Assembly (NCBI GenBank): GCA_963733295.1
Contig: CAVTCS010000003.1
Span: 256,001 to 320,000 of the forward strand
Origin: Vulcanimicrobiota bacterium
GTDB taxonomy: Bacteria > Vulcanimicrobiota > Vulcanimicrobiia > Vulcanimicrobiales > Vulcanimicrobiaceae
Reading direction: 5' to 3'
Length of the DNA: 64,000 nt
Shown piece after piece: positions 50,322-58,763 of the stretch. A program made the translations under genes and the position numbers. Under the pieces are notes generated by a model. It saw only the letters and a list, made by a program, of their open reading frames with translations, had not been told where the DNA came from and ran no database searches. Position 1 is the first letter of the stretch; every line of letters begins with the position of its first letter.

Positions 50322-51314
50322 TCAGGCTAAGCGGAAGATGAAGAGCGTCATCGATTGTTCGCTGCCGCCGCTGCGCGCCGCACCGGCCGGAACGTAGAGA
50401 GCGTCCTTCACGACTGCTGCGCCGGTGCCGTGCCGGCCCTCGGGTAGTGGCGAGAAAACGCTCCACTCGTTGCGGCGCGGATCGAAAGCCTCGTTATTCG
50501 TGAACGTGGCGCCTCGGCGTTCGCCGCCGATCGCAAAAATGCGGTCGCGATAAAGCGTGACCGCCATACCGCTTCGCTTTGACGGCATCGGTGCGAGCGA
50601 GCTCCAGCGATCGATCGCGGGATCGTACGCGTCGACGAAGGACGTGTTGTGGTCGAAATCGTCGACTCTGCCGGCGATGGCATAGAGCTTTTGATCGAAT
50701 GCGACCAGACCCATATGATCGCGGCCGACAGGTAGCGGCGCCGCGGCTTTATACTGGTCGATCGACGGGTCGTACACGTCGTGGGTTCCAACGCTACGCT
50801 CGTCGTGTCCGCCGACGAGATGGATCTTACCGTCGAGCTCCGCGACCGAAATGGAGGCGCGCTTCGTCGGAACGCGCGAAAGCGAGGTCCAACGGCCGCT
50901 CGCCGGCTCGTAGACGGACGCGTCGGCAACCGCGCGATTTTGGCTGTCAAAACCGCCGAACGCGTACAGCTTACGGCCGAAGGCGACAAGGCCGACGTGA
51001 TTTAATCCCGTGGGTAACGAAGCGAGATTCGTCCAGCGGTTCGTTGTCGCATCGTAGGCTTCGACGAGCGAACCATCGACGGCTGCGGGTCCGAAGCCGC
51101 CGACGACGTAGAGCGAGCTTCCTATGGCGGCCACCGCGTCCTCGCTGCGCGGCGTTGGAAGGGGCGCGCCGGTCGACCACATGCCCCGTGAAGCCTGCGC
51201 CTGGGACGCGCTCGGCCAGACGGCGAGCGGGGATACGGCGACCGTGCGGATGAATTCGCGACGTTTACGGGAGAGCACGTTCACATCGTACCCGGACAGA
51301 GCGTCCGTTCCCAT
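50322..51314 (-). CDS. Kelch-repeat protein with Tat-like signal
   Basis: Six Kelch repeats (LYVVGG...EAYD...W), RREFI twin-arginine motif. Confidence 0.9.
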   Translation of the reverse strand: MGTDALSGYDVNVLSRKRREFIRTVAVSPLAVWPSASQAQASRGMWSTGAPLPTPRSEDAVAAIGSSLYVVGGFGPAAVDGSLVEAYDATTNRWTNLASLPTGLNHVGLVAFGRKLYAFGGFDSQNRAVADASVYEPASGRWTSLSRVPTKRASISVAELDGKIHLVGGHDERSVGTHDVYDPSIDQYKAAAPLPVGRDHMGLVAFDQKLYAIAGRVDDFDHNTSFVDAYDPAIDRWSSLAPMPSKRSGMAVTLYRDRIFAIGGERRGATFTNNEAFDPRRNEWSVFSPLPEGRHGTGAAVVKDALYVPAGAARSGGSEQSMTLFIFRLA

Positions 51315-51324
51315 GGAGGTTGAG

Positions 51325-51783
51325 ATGACCCTAACTGGGATGACCCTGACGCAGAGGATAAAGCCTTTCTTATGGTTCGACGGAAAGGCCGAAGAGGCGG
51401 CGCGATTCTACGTGTCGATTTTCGGGGATTCGAAGATCGAAAGCACGGGATCGATGGCGACGAGATTCCAAATCGAAGGCATGCAGTTCATCGCACTCAA
51501 CGGCGGACCACAATACGCATTCTCACCGGCCGTATCGTTCCTCGTGAATTGCGAAACACAGGCGGAAGTCGACGAACTGTGGTCGAGGCTCTCCGAAGGC
51601 GGTGAGACGCAACAGTGTGGTTGGTTGAAAGACCGGTTCGGCCTGTCCTGGCAAATCGTCCCGACGGTCCTCGGCGACATGTTAAATGACGACGACGACG
51701 AGAAATCGGAGCGGGTCATGCAGGCGATGCTCCAGATGGACAAGATCGATATCGCCGCTTTGAAGCGGGCGTACGAAGGTTAA
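51325..51783 (+). CDS. VOC/PhnB-like protein (3-dmu-9_3-mt family)
   Basis: [38 protein letters not shown]. Confidence 0.92.
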   Translation: MTLTGMTLTQRIKPFLWFDGKAEEAARFYVSIFGDSKIESTGSMATRFQIEGMQFIALNGGPQYAFSPAVSFLVNCETQAEVDELWSRLSEGGETQQCGWLKDRFGLSWQIVPTVLGDMLNDDDDEKSERVMQAMLQMDKIDIAALKRAYEG

Positions 51784-52085
51784 ATCGCAGGATCCACAAA
51801 GCGGATCGCTGGATCTCGCTTTCGCTGCGAGGTGCGCGCTTTGGGTTTCGACGGTCGATGCGATGTACGTCGCAGACCGTACGAATTTGACGCCCGAGCT
51901 TCCGCTCGACAACCCGCACGTCGCGGCTCATACCGTGCGCGCGCACGTCTCGCTAAAGGGAATGCACGATGTCCGCCGATTTGCAGGTTCTAAAGAATGC
52001 GTCGGACGAAGGCGGCCGATAAGGTTCGGATGGAGCCGCGGCGTATGCTGAAAGCGGATCGATAAGTAACAAGGAGACGCGATCG

Positions 52086-53006
52086 ATGGAACGGATCGAA
52101 GAGTCGGGGCCGCTACGTTCGTTCCGCGCGTCATTCGCGACGCTGCTCGTATTCGTACTCTGCTTCGCGCAAGGCCAGGCCGCGTCGGCTCCCGCGATGT
52201 GGCTGGTGCAAGGGCCAAAAGCAAAGGTCTACATCTTCGGGACGATTCACATCATGAAACCCGGCGTCGTTTGGTCGACGCCTGCGATCGCTCGCGCCCT
52301 TTCGCAAAGCGACGACCTCTGGCTCGAAATCCCCGACGATCTGCGCGATCCCAGCGCTCTTTTGCCGGAGGTCAGCAAGCTTGGCATGGATCCCGAACAT
52401 CCGCTCTCGACCAAGATTTCGAAAGACGACCTGAGTCGCCTCGACGCGGCCTTCAAGGCTGCCGGACTGCCGGGCGAGGCGCCCTTCGAGTCGTTCAGGC
52501 CGTGGTTCGCAGCGCTGATGGTCAGCGTGCTTCCCGCGGCCAAGGCCGGGTACTCGGGCGCGAACGGCATCGACGCGAACTTGCGCGCGCAAATGATCTC
52601 GGCCGGCAAACCGGTCAAAGGCTTCGAGTCGCTTTCGGAGCAGCTCCATTTGTTCGCCGATCTCTCGCCGTCGCAAGAAGTAGCGCTCCTCCATCAGTCG
52701 CTCGCCACTTCGGAAACGGCGGGTTCCTCCGGCGGTGCTTCCGATATCGATAAGCTCGAAGCGGCCTGGCAGAGCGGAGACATCGCCCAAGTTGCGCGCT
52801 ACGAGGCGCAGATGGACGCGCTCGACCCGTCATTGACTGCCGTCCTTTTGATCGATCGCAATGCAAATTGGGCCAAACAGCTCGATCGGCGCCTGCAGGG
52901 CGCGGGAACCTCGTTCGTTGCGGTCGGTGTCGCACACCTCAGCGGCTCCGGCAGCCTCTTGGAGGACTTGGCGAAGCTCGGCTACACCGTAACCCGCCTC
53001 GAGTAG
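52086..53006 (+). CDS. TraB/GumN family protein
   Basis: VYIFGTIH, RPWFA, GFES..EQL, DRNANW, FVAVGVAHL. Confidence 0.9.
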   Translation: MERIEESGPLRSFRASFATLLVFVLCFAQGQAASAPAMWLVQGPKAKVYIFGTIHIMKPGVVWSTPAIARALSQSDDLWLEIPDDLRDPSALLPEVSKLGMDPEHPLSTKISKDDLSRLDAAFKAAGLPGEAPFESFRPWFAALMVSVLPAAKAGYSGANGIDANLRAQMISAGKPVKGFESLSEQLHLFADLSPSQEVALLHQSLATSETAGSSGGASDIDKLEAAWQSGDIAQVARYEAQMDALDPSLTAVLLIDRNANWAKQLDRRLQGAGTSFVAVGVAHLSGSGSLLEDLAKLGYTVTRLE

Positions 53007-53009
53007 GGC

Positions 53010-53939
53010 TTACGGACTCGCCGACGGGCTCGCGCTTGGTGTCGGGCTCGCGGCGTGCGCCGCTGCTTGATGCGCGTCGTATTTCGCTTGATCGAAGTAC
53101 CAGTCCGGAAGCGTGTCGGGATACTCGAAGTTACTTTGCTTGTAAACGAAATTGATCCCGATCTTGGCGATCAAAGCCTGCGCCTTGACGTAACCCCGCA
53201 CGGCCGTCAGAACCTGCGTGGTCGTATCCTCATCGTAGAACGCCTCGAACGTCACGCGCGCGACTCTCTGATTGGCTTCCGCGACGGCGCGTAGGTGAAC
53301 GACGCCCAGAGTCTTGGGGTCGATCCACATGTCGGTCAACAGATGATCGGCGGGATGGTAGAGCGCGACCAGGGAGAGGTGCACGGTCTCTTTGCCGTCT
53401 TTGGTTTCATAGCCGACGAACGTTACGTCGTAGGGGCGCGACCGGGTTTTCACCTTTCCGATCTGCTGCGGAGCGCCTGAAGCCTGGGGCGTCGGGACAG
53501 CGGTCGGCTCGGGCGTCGGGATCTCGATCGGCGCATTTTTGAATCCGCCGAGCCGCTGCTGTACGAACGCGAACGAAAAGTCGGGACCGAAGCAGCGGTC
53601 GGTGATCTGCGTTTTGTCAGGCCGGTCGCGGCTGTCGAGTGGTGTTCCCACGACGAGGCACTTGCCGTCGTGATAGCGGAAAAAGACGTGGTCCTTACGC
53701 TCCTTTCGCTTTCCGGTGAGCACGTAAGCGAGGTCGGTGTCGTACGTCGCAAAGTGCTCTCGCGGCAGGGCGCGCCAGTGGTCGTATGCGGCGTCGTACC
53801 AGTACTCGCCGATCGAAGTCGGCGTCGGCTGCGGTGGTGAGGGCTGCGGCGACTGAGCGCCGCCGGGTTTCGAGAACAGCGCGACGGCCGCAGCGGCGAG
53901 CGCCCAGGCCGCGAGCATCCGGACGGATCTTTTGGTCAC
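53010..53939 (-). CDS. Hypothetical exported protein
   Basis: Signal peptide, Pro/Thr/Ser-rich linkers, LolA/MucB-like LTDMWIDPKT pattern. Confidence 0.55.
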   Translation of the reverse strand: MTKRSVRMLAAWALAAAAVALFSKPGGAQSPQPSPPQPTPTSIGEYWYDAAYDHWRALPREHFATYDTDLAYVLTGKRKERKDHVFFRYHDGKCLVVGTPLDSRDRPDKTQITDRCFGPDFSFAFVQQRLGGFKNAPIEIPTPEPTAVPTPQASGAPQQIGKVKTRSRPYDVTFVGYETKDGKETVHLSLVALYHPADHLLTDMWIDPKTLGVVHLRAVAEANQRVARVTFEAFYDEDTTTQVLTAVRGYVKAQALIAKIGINFVYKQSNFEYPDTLPDWYFDQAKYDAHQAAAHAASPTPSASPSASP

Positions 53940-53989
53940 GGCTTTTTCAACGAATCGCCGGCGGGAAGAGTTGCCTTGCCAAGCGGAGG

Positions 53990-54496
53990 CTATGGTACGA
54001 CCTCGCGCACGCGACCGGTTTCGACCTCGTAGACGAACCCGCGCACGCGGTCACGATGAGGCAGGAACGGGTAGGATCGAACGCGCGCGAGAGACCGCCG
54101 GACTGCTTCGTCGACGTCATCGAAGGCTCCGAGCTCGAGCGGAAACTCGCGTCCGGCTTCGGCCGAGATTTGCGAACGAAACGCGTCCTCGTTCATGCCG
54201 AACAACCCACAATCGGAGTGATGCATCAGAATTATCTCGCGCGTCTGAAGCTTCCGCTGTGAGATGACCAGCGAACGCAGCATGTCGTCGGTGATCAGGC
54301 CACCGGCATTCCGCAGAATGTGCGCTTCTCCCGAATCGAGACCAAAGACTCGGAAGATATCGATTCTCGAATCCATGCACGTGACGATTGCGACGTTCCG
54401 CGTGGGAACGACCGCGCGAGGCCCCTCGAAACGGGCTTGGTGTTGCAGGGCGTTGGCGACGAGCCGATCGGTTGCAGTGTCCTGGGAATCGTCCAC
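53990..54496 (-). CDS. Beta carbonic anhydrase, clade D (candidate COS hydrolase)
   Basis: TCMDSR, RNAGG, RSLVISQRKL.TREIILMHHSDCG, RGFVYEVETG; 168 aa. Confidence 0.9.
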   Translation of the reverse strand: MDDSQDTATDRLVANALQHQARFEGPRAVVPTRNVAIVTCMDSRIDIFRVFGLDSGEAHILRNAGGLITDDMLRSLVISQRKLQTREIILMHHSDCGLFGMNEDAFRSQISAEAGREFPLELGAFDDVDEAVRRSLARVRSYPFLPHRDRVRGFVYEVETGRVREVVP

Positions 54497-54554
54497 ACCT
54501 GCCGTTACGGCAATGACGCCCGGAGTTCCGGGCTCCCGCGGCGTACAGGGCTGC

Positions 54555-55127
54555 ATGAAATCCTTTGCCCTCGCCGCCGCCGTGGTACTCCTCGCAGCTA
54601 CATCGCCCGTCTGGCTCGACGCGAAAGTTCTGTCGAACTGGAACGTCGCCGGTTCACAGCTTCCCGCGGCGCCGGGTCCGCGCGACCCGGGACTCGCGCC
54701 GGGTGGCCAATGCGCTTCGATGGTTCGCCCGCCTTCGATGCCGGAGGATCGCGCAGTCACCGGCAAAGGTTGGCTCTTGATCGACTCGTACCAGCGCTTC
54801 GGCAACACTTCGCTCGTGATGGGTACTTCGAGTGCCGACGGGATGTGCCGGCCGAACGGCTTTCAGGGATTCGTTTTCGTCGGCGGAGCGTTTGCGGGGA
54901 CGATCGCACCGCACCCGATGGACGCTCGCAGCGACGCCTCGCTCGGGGGCTACGGTGTAACGCTCGTCGACGCGCAAGACCTCGCGGGCTTCTTCACACG
55001 TTACGACGCACAGGACGCGCTGTGTTGCCCGCACGCGACCACGACGGTCCAATATAAGATCGCCGAGAAAAGCGGTCACGCGGTGCTGACGCCCATCTCG
55101 GCGTTCACCACGAAGAACTCGCAGTAA
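54555..55127 (+). CDS. LppP/LprE-like exported protein
   Basis: Signal peptide, ADGMCRP, FVFVGGAFAGT.AP, Y...DALCCP. Confidence 0.65.
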   Translation: MKSFALAAAVVLLAATSPVWLDAKVLSNWNVAGSQLPAAPGPRDPGLAPGGQCASMVRPPSMPEDRAVTGKGWLLIDSYQRFGNTSLVMGTSSADGMCRPNGFQGFVFVGGAFAGTIAPHPMDARSDASLGGYGVTLVDAQDLAGFFTRYDAQDALCCPHATTTVQYKIAEKSGHAVLTPISAFTTKNSQ

Positions 55128-55132
55128 GTGAA

Positions 55133-55825
55133 ATGAGAGGGAAGCCGATGCCTTTCGTCCTTTTGTCGCTCTTGGTGTTTGCCGGCGGCGCGCTCGGCGT
55201 TCTTGGCTTGCTCGGTGCCACCGGTGCCCACCCAACTGTCGTGGCCGATTCCGGAAGCGTTCGACAGACGCGGAACGTTGGAGCTTTCGATAAGATCGAC
55301 GCGGGCGGCGCGTTCGAAATCGTCGTGAACGCAGGAGCACCGTCGAGAACCGTCGTCATCGAAGCCGCGCCTTCGGTCGTCGGCCAAATAACGACCGAGG
55401 TGCGTGACGGCACGCTCGAGCTCGGAGAAAACAACTCGTACACCTGGAATTCCGGCCGCAGGCGCGTGACCATCGAGGTCCCATCGCTCTCCGTTTTTGG
55501 TCTGAGTGGCGCCGGCAGCGCCGACATCTCGAACGTTCACGGTTCGGTCTTTAGCGTCCGTGTGTCCGGAGCCGGAAACGTAAAGCTAGCCGGACAGACG
55601 AACAGCCTTTCCGCTGAGCTCAGCGGAGCCGGGACCCTCGACTCGGTTGCGCTCAAAGCGCGCAGCGTGAAAGTCTCAATCTCCGGAACCGGTAGCGCGA
55701 AGGTTTGGGCGAGCGACAAGCTCGCGGGCGACGTCAGCGGCGTCGGCTCGATTCAGTACTTCGGGAACCCGGCGCACGTCGAACGCTCGATCTCCGGCGT
55801 CGGATCGATCGGAGCCGGCTCCTAG
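55133..55825 (+). CDS. DUF2807 (head GIN domain) beta-helix protein
   Basis: Repeated SGAG/SG.G motifs, FDKIDAGG, ITTEVRDGTL, IQYFGNP. Confidence 0.85.
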   Translation: MRGKPMPFVLLSLLVFAGGALGVLGLLGATGAHPTVVADSGSVRQTRNVGAFDKIDAGGAFEIVVNAGAPSRTVVIEAAPSVVGQITTEVRDGTLELGENNSYTWNSGRRRVTIEVPSLSVFGLSGAGSADISNVHGSVFSVRVSGAGNVKLAGQTNSLSAELSGAGTLDSVALKARSVKVSISGTGSAKVWASDKLAGDVSGVGSIQYFGNPAHVERSISGVGSIGAGS

Positions 55826-55844
55826 CGCGCTGCGTTCGCCGGCG

Positions 55845-56015
55845 TTATTCGCGGACGCCTAGGAATCTCAGGTAAAACGCTGCGAACACCAAGACGATTC
55901 CAATATTCACCGTCAGCCGTTCCCAGAAGCGGTGTCTGAAGAACAAGAAATCGACACCGACTATAACCGCTACCATCGCCACCATGTAAAGCACGATAGC
56001 CGCCTGTCTGCTCAT
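55845..56015 (-). CDS. Small two-TM membrane protein (56 aa, below the ORF track cut-off)
   Basis: Translated by hand: MSRQAAIVLYMVAMVAVIVGVDFLFFRHRFWERLTVNIGIVLVFAAFYLRFLGVRE; directly downstream of glnA. Confidence 0.6.
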   Translation of the reverse strand: MSRQAAIVLYMVAMVAVIVGVDFLFFRHRFWERLTVNIGIVLVFAAFYLRFLGVRE

Positions 56016-56055
56016 TTTGAGTTTTCCATCACGCGATTTACGTAGTGGATGCTAT

Positions 56056-57486
56056 TTAAAAAATGTTCCAGAGATACTGGTTGTAGACTTCGTGATGGTA
56101 CTGGACTTCTTGCGTTTTGACGATCGTGCCGAGCAGGCGAGGGCATCTATCCGCGCTGGCTTCTTTCAGGTCGGCGTAACGGGTCTTCACGTCCTCGCCG
56201 AGTAGCGTCGTCGTCCAGCTCGAAGCCCGGAAATTCGCCATCGCGTCGTAAATATTGTCCGGCAGATAGCGCTCGGCCTGACGCAGGTTCTTCTCGTCGC
56301 TGATCGTTCCATAAAGTCCGGTCTGGAAGACCGACTGCATGACCATATACGGGTTCGCATCCGGCGCGACCGAACGAACTTCGACGCGGGCGCTGCGCTC
56401 GTTCCCGAACGGGATGCGGATCATCGCGCCGCGGTCGATCGCCGACGCTTTGATCTGATTGGGAGCTTCGAAATGCGGGTCGAGGCGGCGGTAGGCGTTC
56501 ACGCTCGAGTTAAGCATCAGGCACGTATCGTTGCCCCGCGTCAGGATCCGGTCGACGAACTGCCAGCCGAAGGTGCTGAGGTGTTCGTCCCCTTTGGCAT
56601 CCCAAAACAGGTTCTTTCCGCCTTTGCTGACCGAGACGTTCGTGTGCATGCCGTTGCCGTTGACACCGACGACGGGCTTGGGCAAGAAACTCGCGGTCAT
56701 CCCGAGCTTCGTCGCAACTTGACGACAGATCAACTTGTAGAGTTGAATCTGATCGGCGGCTGCGACTACTTCGCCATAGCTGTAGTTGATCTCGAACTGC
56801 GAGGGTGCCACCTCGGGATGGTCCTTCTCGTTTTGGAAACCCATCGCTCGCTGCACTTCCGCGACGGAGTCGATGAAGAGACGCAGCGGATCGCCCGGCA
56901 GCGAGTAGTAGTAACCGCCCGTATTGACGTACTCAAACTTTCCGGTTTCGGGGTAACGGCGCTCCGCGTCGATGCCGGCGAAGACGAATCCCTCGATTTC
57001 GTTGGCGGCGTTGAGGGTGTAGCCTTCCTTCTCAAACGCCTGTGTCGAGAGCTTCTTGAGGTTGCCGCGGATGTCGGCGGGGTACGGCGTGCCGTCCCGG
57101 CTCAGAACGTCACCAAACGCGAGGACCTTGCCCGAGCCGAAGATATCGCCCGGCGCGTAATAGAACGAACTCCAGTCGACCTCGAGCCTCAAATCGCTCT
57201 CTCGCTGGGCGGTGAACCCTCGAATCGACGATCCGTCGAACGTCAGGTTGTCGTACGACTTCAGCAAGAACTTCTTGTCGTAGTCGAGCATGTGCAGACG
57301 GCCTTCGAGATCGCTGAACATGAGCGTGACCGCTTTGAGTTTCTTTTCGTCAGTAAGGTATTTGAGGCGCTCTTCTTGCAGCTTGTCCATCGGAACGCGA
57401 TCTTGGCGCTGCTTTTTGGCCTTCAGATTGAGCTCTTCGAGCTCGCCGTAAGAGAGCATGAGGAAATCGCGCAGTTCGGTGGGCAT
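56056..57486 (-). CDS. glnA: Glutamine synthetase (type I family)
   Basis: FDGSSIRGF, HPEVAPSQFEI, FLPKP..GVNGNGMHTN, VNAYRRL.P.FEAP, RVEVRS.APDANPY. Confidence 0.9.
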   Translation of the reverse strand: MPTELRDFLMLSYGELEELNLKAKKQRQDRVPMDKLQEERLKYLTDEKKLKAVTLMFSDLEGRLHMLDYDKKFLLKSYDNLTFDGSSIRGFTAQRESDLRLEVDWSSFYYAPGDIFGSGKVLAFGDVLSRDGTPYPADIRGNLKKLSTQAFEKEGYTLNAANEIEGFVFAGIDAERRYPETGKFEYVNTGGYYYSLPGDPLRLFIDSVAEVQRAMGFQNEKDHPEVAPSQFEINYSYGEVVAAADQIQLYKLICRQVATKLGMTASFLPKPVVGVNGNGMHTNVSVSKGGKNLFWDAKGDEHLSTFGWQFVDRILTRGNDTCLMLNSSVNAYRRLDPHFEAPNQIKASAIDRGAMIRIPFGNERSARVEVRSVAPDANPYMVMQSVFQTGLYGTISDEKNLRQAERYLPDNIYDAMANFRASSWTTTLLGEDVKTRYADLKEASADRCPRLLGTIVKTQEVQYHHEVYNQYLWNIF

Positions 57487-57641
57487 CGTTTGTGTTTACA
57501 CTCCTTGACGGAAGGCGTGGAATGTTGTCGACGGCTTTCTCGGTCGGTGCGGCGTACGGCTGCCGATTCTTGCGGCCAAGAGTGACAAGGACAATTCGGG
57601 AGCGGCGCTGACCGGTCGCAAAGAAGGAGGTTCCCGCCGCC

Positions 57642-57824
57642 TCAGTGCTTGCCATGTCCGAGGTGCCAACCGTGGAATGGGCACGCGTACGGCCGCAACC
57701 CCGTACTCGTCCGTGGAATTGCCCGCTCGGCAAGCTTCTTGGTTGCGAACGCGGTCTTCGGCGAGCCGTTCTTCGTGTAGCAACCTCGCGGCCCCCCACG
57801 CTTGCGCGGGCTCTTTTCATCCAC
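57642..57824 (-). CDS. Small basic Cys/His protein (putative Zn-binding), 60 aa
   Basis: GTG start; GCYTKNGSPKTAFATKKLAE...RPYACPFHGWHLGH, embedded at the end of a longer spurious ORF. Confidence 0.5.
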   Translation of the reverse strand: MDEKSPRKRGGPRGCYTKNGSPKTAFATKKLAERAIPRTSTGLRPYACPFHGWHLGHGKH

Positions 57825-57863
57825 AGGGGAGGATTCGCCACGCTTTCCCTCCTCCTCGGGCAG

Positions 57864-57892
57864 TTGCCCTCGTAGGGCTTTGGCTGTACAAT
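57864..57892 (+). promoter_or_regulatory. Sigma70-type promoter of rpsR-rplI-lonC-dnaB
   Basis: TTGCCC-17 nt-TACAAT. Confidence 0.65.
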
Positions 57893-58049
57893 TGCCGGGT
57901 TGTGGAGGCCTCACCCGTGGCCTCAACGGTACGGTAGCGACGGGTTCGTGGCGCGCGCGCCACGTGTGTAGGGCAAGGGGCGACGATCCGGCGCCACCTC
58001 GCCGATTCCACCTACATGCTCCTCCCTTTCGGAGGATAGGAAGAGATCG

Positions 58050-58304
58050 ATGGCCAGCAATTCCAAGAAGCGGGCGGCCGCGAAAAAAGAACGCCGCCCC
58101 AAGCGTAAGGTCTGCACGTACTGTGCCGAAAAGATTAGCGACATCAACTACAAAGACGTCACTCGGTTGCGAAAATACATCTCGGAACGCGGCAAGATTC
58201 TCCCGCGGCGCATCTCGGGGAATTGTGCCAAACACCAGCGCTTGTTGACGGTCGCCGTCAAACGAGCCAGGATCATCGCCTTTCTCCCCTTCGTCTCCGA
58301 GTAA
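58050..58304 (+). CDS. rpsR: 30S ribosomal protein S18 (Zn-binding form)
   Basis: [32 protein letters not shown]. Confidence 0.98.
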   Translation: MASNSKKRAAAKKERRPKRKVCTYCAEKISDINYKDVTRLRKYISERGKILPRRISGNCAKHQRLLTVAVKRARIIAFLPFVSE

Positions 58305-58308
58305 GAGT

Positions 58309-58758
58309 ATGAAGATCATCCTCCTCAACGACGTGAAGTCGCTTGGCACCATCGGAGACGTCATCGAAGTCGCCGACGGTTATGCGCGGAACTTTCTCCT
58401 GCCCAAGGGCTTGGCGGCCGAGGCCTCATCGGGCGCGCTCGCGCTGCTCGAACAGCAGCGCCGTGCGAAGTCGCGCCGCGACGCCGAAGCGCTAGCCGAT
58501 GCCGAGGCTCTCGCCAAGCAATTGGAGGACGTGACCGTTACCGTCTTCGCCAAGAGCGGCGGCAACGGGAAGCTGTTCGGCGCGGTAACCAACGCGAACG
58601 TCGCCGAAGCGATTTCGAAGGAATTGGGCATCGAACTCGACCGCCACAAGATCGTCATTCCGGACAACATCAAGTCGCTGGGCAGCTATCCGGTCGAAGT
58701 CCGGCTCGGCAAGAACCTCGTCGCGAAAACTACCGTTAAAGTCGTCGCTGCGAACTGA
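58309..58758 (+). CDS. rplI: 50S ribosomal protein L9
   Basis: MKIILL.DV..LG..GDVIEVADGYARNFLLP, GKLFGAVT. Confidence 0.98.
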   Translation: MKIILLNDVKSLGTIGDVIEVADGYARNFLLPKGLAAEASSGALALLEQQRRAKSRRDAEALADAEALAKQLEDVTVTVFAKSGGNGKLFGAVTNANVAEAISKELGIELDRHKIVIPDNIKSLGSYPVEVRLGKNLVAKTTVKVVAAN

Positions 58759-58763
58759 GTCGA

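Noticed and set aside
51790..52051. Short ORF with HTVRAHVS resembling a LuxR HTH fragment
   Set aside because: The match is too short and the flanking residues do not fit; cannot be supported
52086..53006. TraB as evidence of conjugation
   Set aside because: The TraB/GumN family is a metalloprotease-like family and no conjugation genes are present
57490..57640. glnA riboswitch or sigma54/GlnR site upstream of glnA
   Set aside because: No consensus I can recognise with confidence; needs an Rfam or motif scan
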